Positions 53,298 to 62,754 of a stretch of 64,000 bases of DNA are shown here, piece after piece. The DNA lies in the NCBI GenBank assembly GCA_026417625.1, contig JAOACW010000003.1:147517-211516 (forward strand), written 5' to 3'. The DNA comes from Syntrophales bacterium (lineage in GTDB: Bacteria; Desulfobacterota; Syntrophia; Syntrophales; UBA8958). The number at the start of each line of letters is the position of its first letter. Positions within the stretch are counted from its first letter, which is position 1. The translations under genes and the position numbers were made by a program. The notes beneath the pieces were generated by a model. It had not been told where the DNA came from. It searched no databases and saw only the letters and a program-made list of their open reading frames with translations.

Positions 53298-54110
53298 ATG
53301 GCTGAGCGCACCCCAATAATAATAAAAAAAATGAAAAAATCCCATCATGAGGAACACCACGGCAGTTCGTGGAAAGTTGCCTACGCTGATTTTGTTACGG
53401 CTATGATGGCCTTCTTTCTCCTCCTGTGGCTTCTTGCCATGATCTCCCCGGAGAAGAGGGCGGCAATGTCAGAATATTTCAGAAATTTTAATTTATTTAG
53501 AGATGTAACTACTGCAGGCTCCAAGGGTATGATGAATAAGGAAGGTCTCCTGGGCGATAAGCAGAACAGTTTGGTAAAATCGACTAATGCGATGACTGGA
53601 AGGGTGAATTCGAGGGGTGAGAAGGAGATTATTGCTGAACGGTTGAAGAAGGCGATTGATGAGAAGTTGAGGGCATACAGTGACCAAATTTACGTTGATA
53701 TAGTGGAGGGTGGTGTCCGCATTCAACTCGTGGATGCTGAGGGAAAGGAAATGTTTGCCCTAGGAAGTGCGGAACCAACGCCAAGGGCTAAGCAGATACT
53801 GAGTGTTATTGCAGAAAATATCCAAGACCTCCAGAATAAAGTCGCTATAGAGGGTCATACAGACGCGGCACCTTTCAAGAGTTCCCAGATAACTAATTGG
53901 GAACTATCCACTGCACGGGCGTCAGCGGCGAGAAGGGAACTAGAATCTAAGGGGCTTGACCCCCAAAGGATAGCCCGTGTTGTGGGTTTTGCAGATCAGG
54001 AACTATTCATTAAAGATAACCCCCGAGATCCAAGGAACAGAAGAATTAGTGTTACCATTCTAACTGGTAATCAGGGAATGGTTCCGCGATCCTCTATGAG
54101 GAATTTTTAG
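53298..54110 (+). CDS. motB: flagellar stator protein MotB (OmpA-like C-terminal domain)
   Basis: SWKVAYADFVTAMMAFFLLLW plug/TM region with the conserved Asp. C-terminal IEGHTD..P......NWELS.ARA.A peptidoglycan-binding motif. Confidence 0.92.
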   Translation: MAERTPIIIKKMKKSHHEEHHGSSWKVAYADFVTAMMAFFLLLWLLAMISPEKRAAMSEYFRNFNLFRDVTTAGSKGMMNKEGLLGDKQNSLVKSTNAMTGRVNSRGEKEIIAERLKKAIDEKLRAYSDQIYVDIVEGGVRIQLVDAEGKEMFALGSAEPTPRAKQILSVIAENIQDLQNKVAIEGHTDAAPFKSSQITNWELSTARASAARRELESKGLDPQRIARVVGFADQELFIKDNPRDPRNRRISVTILTGNQGMVPRSSMRNF

Positions 54111-54112
54111 CT

Positions 54113-54586
54113 TCATTTGGTGTCATCCCGATTTATGCACACATCCACGACAAAGGATCCAGCTTCTGTTTCGAAAGGTATTATGATACTTGGTCCTCCC
54201 AACACATGACGGATGGAGTGGTTCCTACCGGATACAACTGTTGGTATTGCTGCCATTATACTGTAACCTGCTTTTTCCAGTTTCTTTCGTGCTACCCCGG
54301 AAATCATGTTGGTAATTTCACCGACTGCGTCTCTAATGTCACCGTTCATGTTATTTATTTCTTCTCCGAGCATGTTACTTACAATGCGTAGTATCGCACT
54401 CTCGCTGAAGCTTAAAGCCAAGGATCCCCGGGCATCTCCTGCCAATCCTATGATACCGGAGATGTCACCCTGGGCTAAATTGTCTTTTTTTAGGAAGGGT
54501 TTTCCCGGTTTTGGCTCTATAAAGGCCATTGTTTTTAGAACCTCAATCGTCGCTTCCAGGAAAGGATTGATGAATTCTACGTTCAT
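54113..54586 (-). CDS. cheX: CheX-family CheY-P phosphatase
   Basis: FINPFLEATIEVLKTM start. Active-site pattern D-x3-E-x2-N (DAVGEITN) with a Pro about 22 residues later. Confidence 0.8.
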   Translation of the reverse strand: MNVEFINPFLEATIEVLKTMAFIEPKPGKPFLKKDNLAQGDISGIIGLAGDARGSLALSFSESAILRIVSNMLGEEINNMNGDIRDAVGEITNMISGVARKKLEKAGYSIMAAIPTVVSGRNHSIRHVLGGPSIIIPFETEAGSFVVDVCINRDDTK

Positions 54587-54612
54587 GATGCACCTCTATA
54601 AAATTTATGGAT

Positions 54613-54987
54613 TCAGCCGAGTATTTTGGCAATTTTTTCCTGAAGTGTCTCTGCAGTGAAGGGCTTAACGATGTAATTATTCACTCCTGCTTTAACTGCT
54701 GCGATCACGTTTTCCTGCAAGGCCTCTGCAGTTACCATAAGAAAGGGAGTTTTGCTGAGTGTAGCATCTGACCTTACTGCCTTTAATAATTCCAATCCTG
54801 TCATGTTCGGCATGTTCCAATCCGCAATTATGAAGTCGATCTGCTGGGACTTTAGGATTCTTAATGCTGAAAGTCCGTCTTCTGCTTCTACAATATTTTC
54901 GAAGCCAATCTGTCTTAGGATGTTTCTTATAACTTTCCGCATGGTGGCAAAATCATCGACCACAAGAATCTTGATATTTTTGTCCAT
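54613..54987 (-). CDS. cheY: chemotaxis response regulator CheY
   Basis: ILVVDDFATMRK, ADWNMPNMTG, MVTAEA, KPF. 124 aa single-domain REC. Confidence 0.93.
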   Translation of the reverse strand: MDKNIKILVVDDFATMRKVIRNILRQIGFENIVEAEDGLSALRILKSQQIDFIIADWNMPNMTGLELLKAVRSDATLSKTPFLMVTAEALQENVIAAVKAGVNNYIVKPFTAETLQEKIAKILG

Positions 54988-55498
54988 TTTGTGGACCTCC
55001 TTCGATTTGTATTATTGCCTTTAGATAGGCTCCACGCCCTCCGTTGAGAAATAGACAAGATTCTCCTCTGCTTTCTTCTATGTCGGTCTTTTTTACCTCT
55101 GGAAGAGAGAAAATCACTCTGGTTCGGGGAGATAAGTCTTTCAGAAACCTACCACACACCATGTTAAGTGTTTCCTTTAAACAATCCTCGATGATCGGTT
55201 CCAGTATGTCTTGGGCTTCGATGTTTATAGAATTTTCCAACATCTGTTCCACAAGTGGGCGATTACACAGCAAAGTGATGTGTCCCTGGAAAGCGCCTGA
55301 AAAGGAAATGGTCGCTTCGTACGGTAATTCTGTGTCTACTAGAGAATTCACTGTATCTTCTAGAGAGATGAAAAATGCCGTATTAAATACCTCGCGAACA
55401 GACTTTGCCAGAATTTTTGAAATAGCACTATTTAAACAGATGCTCTCCATAAATCGTGCTTTCCCGTAGGTAGATCTTTCTGCGTCTAAATCAACCAT
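54953..55498 (-). CDS. second CheX/CheC-like phosphatase-domain protein
   Basis: D-x3-E-x2-N present (EDCLKETLN) with a Pro 21 residues later. 181 aa. The 3' end overlaps the cheY start by 35 nt. Confidence 0.55.
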   Translation of the reverse strand: MVDLDAERSTYGKARFMESICLNSAISKILAKSVREVFNTAFFISLEDTVNSLVDTELPYEATISFSGAFQGHITLLCNRPLVEQMLENSINIEAQDILEPIIEDCLKETLNMVCGRFLKDLSPRTRVIFSLPEVKKTDIEESRGESCLFLNGGRGAYLKAIIQIEGGPQNGQKYQDSCGR

Positions 55499-55501
55499 CG
55501 T

Positions 55502-56347
55502 CTATAACACCTCGAATAGTTCCTGGGCCTTCGTTAATTCCTCTGCAATTTGAAGCATACACTTTTCAAGATCTTCACCAGTGAAGTTCCATGCGCGAAT
55601 AATACTTTCCTCGTTTTGGTGGGCCAGTCCATCCATGCCTCCATCGATCCCCATGAGAAGACAGATTTGGTCGGCAAGATGAACAAACGCAGGTAGCTTG
55701 GAATTTGCTTTTTTTGCTTTTTCAGGTCTGTGGTGGTAAGCGATGGCATCGTGTAGATCGGGATGAAAGTTCCAATAGATAGCGATGCGAGCACCCACTT
55801 CTGCATGGTTTATCCCTATTACATCTTCTTCAGCTGTGAGGAATGAACACTTGTTTTTCTTTATGTAATCGAATATCTTCGCCGCTGCATCCTGAATATA
55901 CTGGCCAATTACCAGTTTTCCTACATCGTGGAGAAGAGCAGCTGTGTAAAGAGACTCATCTTCCTTTCCCTGAATTCTTCTGCTTATGACCTGAGAGGCA
56001 ATTGCCACGGCTACGGCATGCTTCCAGAGGTCCTTTGCCTTGACACCATACCCTCCCTTCGATTTTGAGTAGATACTGGCTGCAGAAGCAGTCTGGATAG
56101 CACGCAGAAGATTCTTCTGCCCCAGGAAAATTATAGCATCCTTTAGGGAAGTGATCTTTTGGTGTGTTCCAAAATAAGCGGAATTGCTAATTTTTAGTAT
56201 GTTTGCCGCAATGGCCTGATCGTATTTCACAAGTTCAACCACCTCGTGTACAGAGAAATCTTCGTCACTTAACATAATGGCAACCTTGTTTGCCACGGCA
56301 GGATACGGAGGGAGTTTTTTGATGGATAGGAGGATTTTTTCCAACAT
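55502..56347 (-). CDS. HDOD domain protein
   Basis: LPPYPAVANKV..ML.D......EVVELVKYDQAIAANILKISNSAYFG ... LKDAIIFLG and LLHDVGKLV are HDOD hallmarks. Confidence 0.85.
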   Translation of the reverse strand: MLEKILLSIKKLPPYPAVANKVAIMLSDEDFSVHEVVELVKYDQAIAANILKISNSAYFGTHQKITSLKDAIIFLGQKNLLRAIQTASAASIYSKSKGGYGVKAKDLWKHAVAVAIASQVISRRIQGKEDESLYTAALLHDVGKLVIGQYIQDAAAKIFDYIKKNKCSFLTAEEDVIGINHAEVGARIAIYWNFHPDLHDAIAYHHRPEKAKKANSKLPAFVHLADQICLLMGIDGGMDGLAHQNEESIIRAWNFTGEDLEKCMLQIAEELTKAQELFEVL

Positions 56348-56349
56348 AA

Positions 56350-56832
56350 TTAGATCTCCTTAGTTTTGCCGTTTGATGAACGTATGTAACAACGACCATC
56401 GGATATATAAAGTCTCACACTCCTATTGATATTGAGTCCTGTATCCTCGGCCGCAATTAATACGTTGTTTTTCCAGAATATTCTCCTTGCCGCATTTATG
56501 TTTTTCTGACCTATCTGGAATAAGTTGTCATCGTTTATTATACTTGCACCCCCTACAATCCTGACTATCATCCTCCTTTTTTCAGCGCCAAGTTCGTAAC
56601 AGGACTTAAAAAGCATAGGAATTCCCGTGTCGGCGAACATGGCTGGAGAATCCTTTGCTTTTTCTGCATTTATTGTGGAATCCGGTAACATGTAGTGGAG
56701 AAGCCCTCCGACGCGCATCAATGGATCATAAACCACAACGGCCACACATGATCCTAGGGCATATGTGACAAGGACATCTTCCGGTTTATTACTTATTTTC
56801 ATATCACCCATGCCTACAATGATGTCGCCCAT
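56350..56832 (-). CDS. cheD: chemoreceptor glutamine deamidase CheD
   Basis: ALGSCVAVVVYDP..RVGGLLHYMLP motif. ATG 56832 preferred, because the listed start 56907 would overlap the sigma-54 promoter motif. Confidence 0.85.
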   Translation of the reverse strand: MGDIIVGMGDMKISNKPEDVLVTYALGSCVAVVVYDPLMRVGGLLHYMLPDSTINAEKAKDSPAMFADTGIPMLFKSCYELGAEKRRMIVRIVGGASIINDDNLFQIGQKNINAARRIFWKNNVLIAAEDTGLNINRSVRLYISDGRCYIRSSNGKTKEI

Positions 56833-56888
56833 TTTCCCGAAGTTTATGCGTACCAAAAGAAAAAGTAGCAAATTTTTCCATGTGATTA

Positions 56889-56904
56889 TGCAAAACGTGG
56901 GCCA
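56889..56904 (-). promoter_or_regulatory. sigma-54 (-24/-12) promoter for cheD-HDOD-cheX-like-cheY-cheX operon
   Basis: Minus strand reads TGGCCCACGTTTTGCA (GG-N10-GC), about 57 nt upstream of ATG 56832. Confidence 0.65.
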
Positions 56905-56959
56905 CAAATTGCGTAAGTTGCAACCTCAAAAGCTTAGTGTATAGTTTTACTGAGGTGAT

Positions 56960-58327
56960 TTAGAAACGTTTTATCTTTTCCACGAGGGTGGTTCGTTTGA
57001 TGTTCAGCAATTTGGCGGCCTTATTTTTGACACCTTTACACTTTTCCAGTGCCTCGAGTATGAGGGCCTTCTCGTATTCCTGGACCGTTTTTTGGAGGTC
57101 TATACCCTCTTCAGGGATGGAAAAATCTTTTATTGTGGTTTTTTCAGTTGCCGTGGAATGAAACTTCTCCGGTAGATCTTCCAGTGTGATGCTTCCCGTT
57201 TCTTTCATAACCACCAGCATCTCAATGAGGTTTTCCAGTTCTCTGACATTACCTGGCCAGGGGTAAGACATAAGGGCTTCCATTGCCCTGGGTTCTATAT
57301 GTTTCACGTTTTTCTTCTTCTGCTGGTTGAATTTTTTTAGGAAGTGGTTTGCTAGAATTGCGATATCTGTACCGCGTTCCCTCAATGGTGGGAGATGTAT
57401 GGGTATAACGTTTATGCGGTAAAATAGGTCTTCACGAAAACGCTTCTGTCTCACAAGTTCGGCAAGATCCTGATTCGTGGCAGCTATTATGCGGACATCA
57501 ACGGTCATTGTTTTTATACCACCGATGCGTTCAAACTGCTTTTCCTGTAATACTCGGAGGATTTTCACCTGAAGGGCTGGGCTCATATCTCCTATTTCGT
57601 CGAGAAATATGGTTCCACCGTCCGCAATCTCGAATCTCCCGGGTCTCGATCTTATGGCACCTGTGAAAGCCCCTTTCTCGTGACCGAATAGTTCGCTTTC
57701 CAGAAGATCCTGAGGTATTGCCGCGCAGTTGACGGTTACAAGGGGTTTATTTTTCCTATCACTGTTGTAATGAATAGCTCGGGCAACTAGTTCCTTACCC
57801 GTACCACTTTCACCCTGTATGAGAACGGTGGAGTCGGTTAGGGCTACTTTTTGAATCTTTTCAAAAATTTTTTTCATGGGTTCGCTGTAGCCTATTAGTT
57901 TTCCAAAGTCGAACTTTTCTCTGAGAGAGTCCCTTAAGAGAACGTTTTCTTCTTTCAACTGGGCATAAGATACAGCTCTGGAGAGGGTTATTTTTACTAA
58001 GTCTTCCTTGAGAGGTTTGGTGATAAAGTCAAAAGCACCCATCTTCATAGCATCAACAGCTGTCTGAATACTACCGTAACCCGTAACTACAATTACGATC
58101 TGGTCGCTTTTTGTATCTTTTATGACTTTTAGGAGCTCCAACCCATCCATGTGGGGCATTCTTAGGTCTGTGACAACTACATCAAAATTGTCCCTAAAGA
58201 AAACGTCAATGGCTTCCTTTCCATCTGCGCAAGCTAACACCCTGTAACCCCACGACTCTAGCATCTCTTTCAAGTTGTTACGGTTCAATTCGTCGTCTTC
58301 CACGACTAGTACACTTGCCCTCTTCAT
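56960..58327 (-). CDS. sigma-54-dependent response regulator (REC-AAA+-HTH), no adjacent cognate kinase
   Basis: VLVVEDDE and VVTDLRMPHMDG REC. GESGTGKE and GAFTGA. C-terminal NKAAKLLNIKRTTLVEKI HTH. ATG 58327 has a GGGGGA RBS 5 nt upstream. The listed start is 58498. Confidence 0.9.
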   Translation of the reverse strand: MKRASVLVVEDDELNRNNLKEMLESWGYRVLACADGKEAIDVFFRDNFDVVVTDLRMPHMDGLELLKVIKDTKSDQIVIVVTGYGSIQTAVDAMKMGAFDFITKPLKEDLVKITLSRAVSYAQLKEENVLLRDSLREKFDFGKLIGYSEPMKKIFEKIQKVALTDSTVLIQGESGTGKELVARAIHYNSDRKNKPLVTVNCAAIPQDLLESELFGHEKGAFTGAIRSRPGRFEIADGGTIFLDEIGDMSPALQVKILRVLQEKQFERIGGIKTMTVDVRIIAATNQDLAELVRQKRFREDLFYRINVIPIHLPPLRERGTDIAILANHFLKKFNQQKKKNVKHIEPRAMEALMSYPWPGNVRELENLIEMLVVMKETGSITLEDLPEKFHSTATEKTTIKDFSIPEEGIDLQKTVQEYEKALILEALEKCKGVKNKAAKLLNIKRTTLVEKIKRF

Positions 58328-58460
58328 TCCATTCCCCCTTATTTTCCCCGTCAACATTATGACATAATTCGTCAAGATTGTATGTGTCAAGGGAAAATTT
58401 GTGTTTTTTTTTGGCGTTGAGTCTGCGTGTATCCTTCTGTTTGAGTGATGAAAAGGTATG

Positions 58461-58476
58461 TGGTCTAAGTATTGCA
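58461..58476 (+). promoter_or_regulatory. sigma-54 (-24/-12) promoter for mcp-cheR-cheY-cheB-cheA operon
   Basis: TGGTCTAAGTATTGCA (GG-N10-GC). GGGAGG RBS at 58509-58514 and ATG at 58522. Confidence 0.65.
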
Positions 58477-58521
58477 TATGGACGGAGCATCGACTCAAAA
58501 TTTCGGCAGGGAGGTTGAATT

Positions 58522-60402
58522 ATGTTTTCTAAAATGTCTCTTGGATCGAGGATTATGGTTGGAGTTTTTCTGCTTGTGCTCATTCCGCTGATTGTTGTGG
58601 GGGGATTTTCTATTTTTAAAAGTTCAGAGATAGTGGAGAAGTTAACATCAGAGAGATCACTCGTTGCAGCAAAGAGTGTGTCCGAAACGGTTGATCGTTA
58701 CCTTACTGGAGAGATAAAGCTACTCGAGAGTTACTCCTCTGATCCGAATATCCGTATGGCAGCTGCGGGTGGTTCTGTGGATGCGGCGGATAGCATCCTA
58801 ACCAATGTCATGCAAAAGGTGGGTAAGGACTACGAGACCATCTTTGTGGCGGATAGCTCAGGGATTATAAGGGCAGATGGAGTTGGAGGAAAGTACAAAG
58901 GGATAAATATAGGGGACAGGGAATATTTTAGCAAGGCAAAGGCGGGGAAGCCCAATGTGGGCACACCGGTGAGATCTAAGGGAACGGGCAATCCTGTTTC
59001 AGTTGTTGCAGTTCCCATCTATGAAAGCGGTGGTGGTTTCGTTGGTATACTAGCTGCTGCTTTAAAAATTGATAAACTCATCGAACACGTTACGAGTGTT
59101 AGATACGGTCAGACGGGTTTCGCCTTCATGGTGGACGAGAACGGAACTTTCATAGCTCATCCTCGGAAAGAGCTGATCCTGGAGGCGAATGTAAATAAAG
59201 CCAAAGGGATGGAGACAGTTGCAGAAAAGATCAAAGGTAAAAAAGATGCCATAGTGTCATATTCGTTCGAGGGGATAAGGAAGATTGCTGGTTTATCACC
59301 TGTTGATGTCACTGGTTGGACGGTTATAGCCACGCAGAACGAGGATGAGATCTTTGCACCTTCGCGGGCAATCCGCAATGCAGTTGCCATCTCAGCCTTG
59401 GTGATACTCGTATTGTCTATTGGAGCTGCCTTTTACTTTTCTCGCACTCTATCCCGTCCTATAACGAACTCTGTTCATAAACTATCCGAGGCAACTTCCC
59501 AGATGGCTTTGGCTTCTAGTCAGGTGAACACTTCAAGCCAGTCCCTTGCTGAAGGGGCTTCAGAGCAGGCATCGTCATTGGAAGAGACCTCTGCCTCTCT
59601 GGAGGAGATGGCAGCTATGACAAGACAGAATGCCGATAACGCCAGCCAAACCAAGGTGATGATGGATGAGGCTCGTAAAATCGTGCAGCGTGTCAATGCC
59701 CACATGGAGGAAATGGGAACGGCAATTGCGGAGATCAAGCGCACCAGTGAGGAAACCTCAAAGATAATCAAGACCATTGATGAAATCGCATTTCAGACGA
59801 ACCTTTTGGCTCTCAACGCAGCTGTGGAGGCTGCGCGCGCTGGAGAGGCAGGTGCTGGTTTTGCTGTGGTGGCAGATGAGGTGAGGAATCTTGCCCTCAG
59901 GGCTGCAGAAGCGGCTAAAAATACGAGTAACCTCATAGAGAATACTGTCAAAGCGGTGAAGAGAGGAAGCGAGCTTACAGCTGCAACGAAGGAGGCCTTT
60001 GAAGAAAATATGGCTATCGCTAACAAAATTGGTCAACTGATTGACGAAATTGCAACGGCCTCACAGGAACAGGCGCAGGGTATCGAGCAGGTATCAAAAG
60101 CTGTAGTGGAGATGGATAAGGTGACACAGCAGACCGCTGCTCAAGCGGAAGAAACTGCATCCGCTGCGGAGGAGATGAACGCTCAGATCATGCAGGTGAA
60201 AAATGTTTCTGAAGAGCTTATGCGCTTAGTTGGGGGACGACAAAATGGGTTAGGTGAGAGTTTGCCGCTTCTCACACAAGATCAATTCTCCGTCAAGAAA
60301 AAGGTTTTCTCTCTGCCGGGTGTGAAGAGAAGTAAGGATGAAGGTTTAAAGTCTGTGACAGTTGCGGCACCTTCAACGGGTGAATTTCGTGATTTCCATT
60401 GA
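58522..60402 (+). CDS. methyl-accepting chemotaxis protein with Cache-type periplasmic domain
   Basis: TM1, a periplasmic region of about 260 aa (Cache-like), TM2, HAMP, and the highly conserved signalling hairpin [40 protein letters not shown]. Confidence 0.93.
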   Translation: MFSKMSLGSRIMVGVFLLVLIPLIVVGGFSIFKSSEIVEKLTSERSLVAAKSVSETVDRYLTGEIKLLESYSSDPNIRMAAAGGSVDAADSILTNVMQKVGKDYETIFVADSSGIIRADGVGGKYKGINIGDREYFSKAKAGKPNVGTPVRSKGTGNPVSVVAVPIYESGGGFVGILAAALKIDKLIEHVTSVRYGQTGFAFMVDENGTFIAHPRKELILEANVNKAKGMETVAEKIKGKKDAIVSYSFEGIRKIAGLSPVDVTGWTVIATQNEDEIFAPSRAIRNAVAISALVILVLSIGAAFYFSRTLSRPITNSVHKLSEATSQMALASSQVNTSSQSLAEGASEQASSLEETSASLEEMAAMTRQNADNASQTKVMMDEARKIVQRVNAHMEEMGTAIAEIKRTSEETSKIIKTIDEIAFQTNLLALNAAVEAARAGEAGAGFAVVADEVRNLALRAAEAAKNTSNLIENTVKAVKRGSELTAATKEAFEENMAIANKIGQLIDEIATASQEQAQGIEQVSKAVVEMDKVTQQTAAQAEETASAAEEMNAQIMQVKNVSEELMRLVGGRQNGLGESLPLLTQDQFSVKKKVFSLPGVKRSKDEGLKSVTVAAPSTGEFRDFH

Positions 60403-60417
60403 TTTGTGAGGGTTTGA

Positions 60418-61242
60418 ATGTTCAACATTGAGCTTTCCGATAGTGATTTCGAAAAGATCAGTCGTTTTGTTTACGACTACTGTGGGATCTATTTGCATGA
60501 GGGAAAACGGGAGTTAATAAAAACTCGGCTGGGTAAAAGGTTGAGGGCGGGAAATTTCAAGTCTTTTGCGGAGTACTACAGATATGTAACTTCCCCACAG
60601 GGAGCGGATGAACTGATTGCGATGATCGATGCCATATCGACGAATCTTACCTATTTCTTCAGGGAAGAGAGGCATTTTCAGAAATTAATGACGATAGTTA
60701 CCTCCCTTTATCTAAATGGTGGACGTAGCTGGGGGATAAAGATATGGAGTGCTGGCTGCTCTACGGGTGAAGAGGCTTACACCATTGCCATCTGTTTGAA
60801 GGAGTGTTTGGGGCTAAAACCGGTAAGCATAAAGATTTTAGCTACGGATATATCCACCCAGGCTTTGAAAACAGCGGTAACAGGTATCTACCCTATGGAA
60901 AAAGTGCAGAAAGTGCCCCACGAGATACTGCGCCGTTACTTTCAGTACGGTCAGGGCAGCTTCGAGGGGTACGTTCGTGTGAAGGATGAGATAAAGAATC
61001 TTGTGGAATTCCGTCGCTTTAACCTCATAGATGAGCCCCCTTCTGACTTTAGGTTCGATATCATCTTCTGTCGGAACGTAATGATTTATTTCGATCGGGA
61101 AACACAGGCTACCCTTGTTAGTAGATTGCATCGTTGCTTGAATAAAGGGGGATTCCTTTTTGTTGGACATTCGGAGAGCCTATCGGGTCTAAAGCACCCA
61201 TTTCGTTATGTGGAACCAGGTGTCTACAAAAAGGATCGTTAA
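60418..61242 (+). CDS. cheR: chemotaxis protein methyltransferase CheR
   Basis: TNLTYFFRE, IWSAGCSTGEE.YT, ATDIS, IFCRNVMIYFD motifs. Confidence 0.93.
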   Translation: MFNIELSDSDFEKISRFVYDYCGIYLHEGKRELIKTRLGKRLRAGNFKSFAEYYRYVTSPQGADELIAMIDAISTNLTYFFREERHFQKLMTIVTSLYLNGGRSWGIKIWSAGCSTGEEAYTIAICLKECLGLKPVSIKILATDISTQALKTAVTGIYPMEKVQKVPHEILRRYFQYGQGSFEGYVRVKDEIKNLVEFRRFNLIDEPPSDFRFDIIFCRNVMIYFDRETQATLVSRLHRCLNKGGFLFVGHSESLSGLKHPFRYVEPGVYKKDR

Positions 61243-61274
61243 AGGAGGATTATCGACACGGAAGGAGATTGTTA

Positions 61275-62752
<1,478 letters not shown>

Positions 62753-62754
62753 TT

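Noticed and set aside
58349-58391. Three GTCAA(C/G) repeats in the activator/mcp intergenic region, considered as activator binding sites or -35 boxes
   Set aside because: The repeats are too short (5-6 nt) and irregularly spaced (22 and 15 nt) to separate from chance. On the minus strand, TTGACA-N17-TTATGT could be a weak sigma-70 promoter for the activator gene, but the -10 is poor. Not called.
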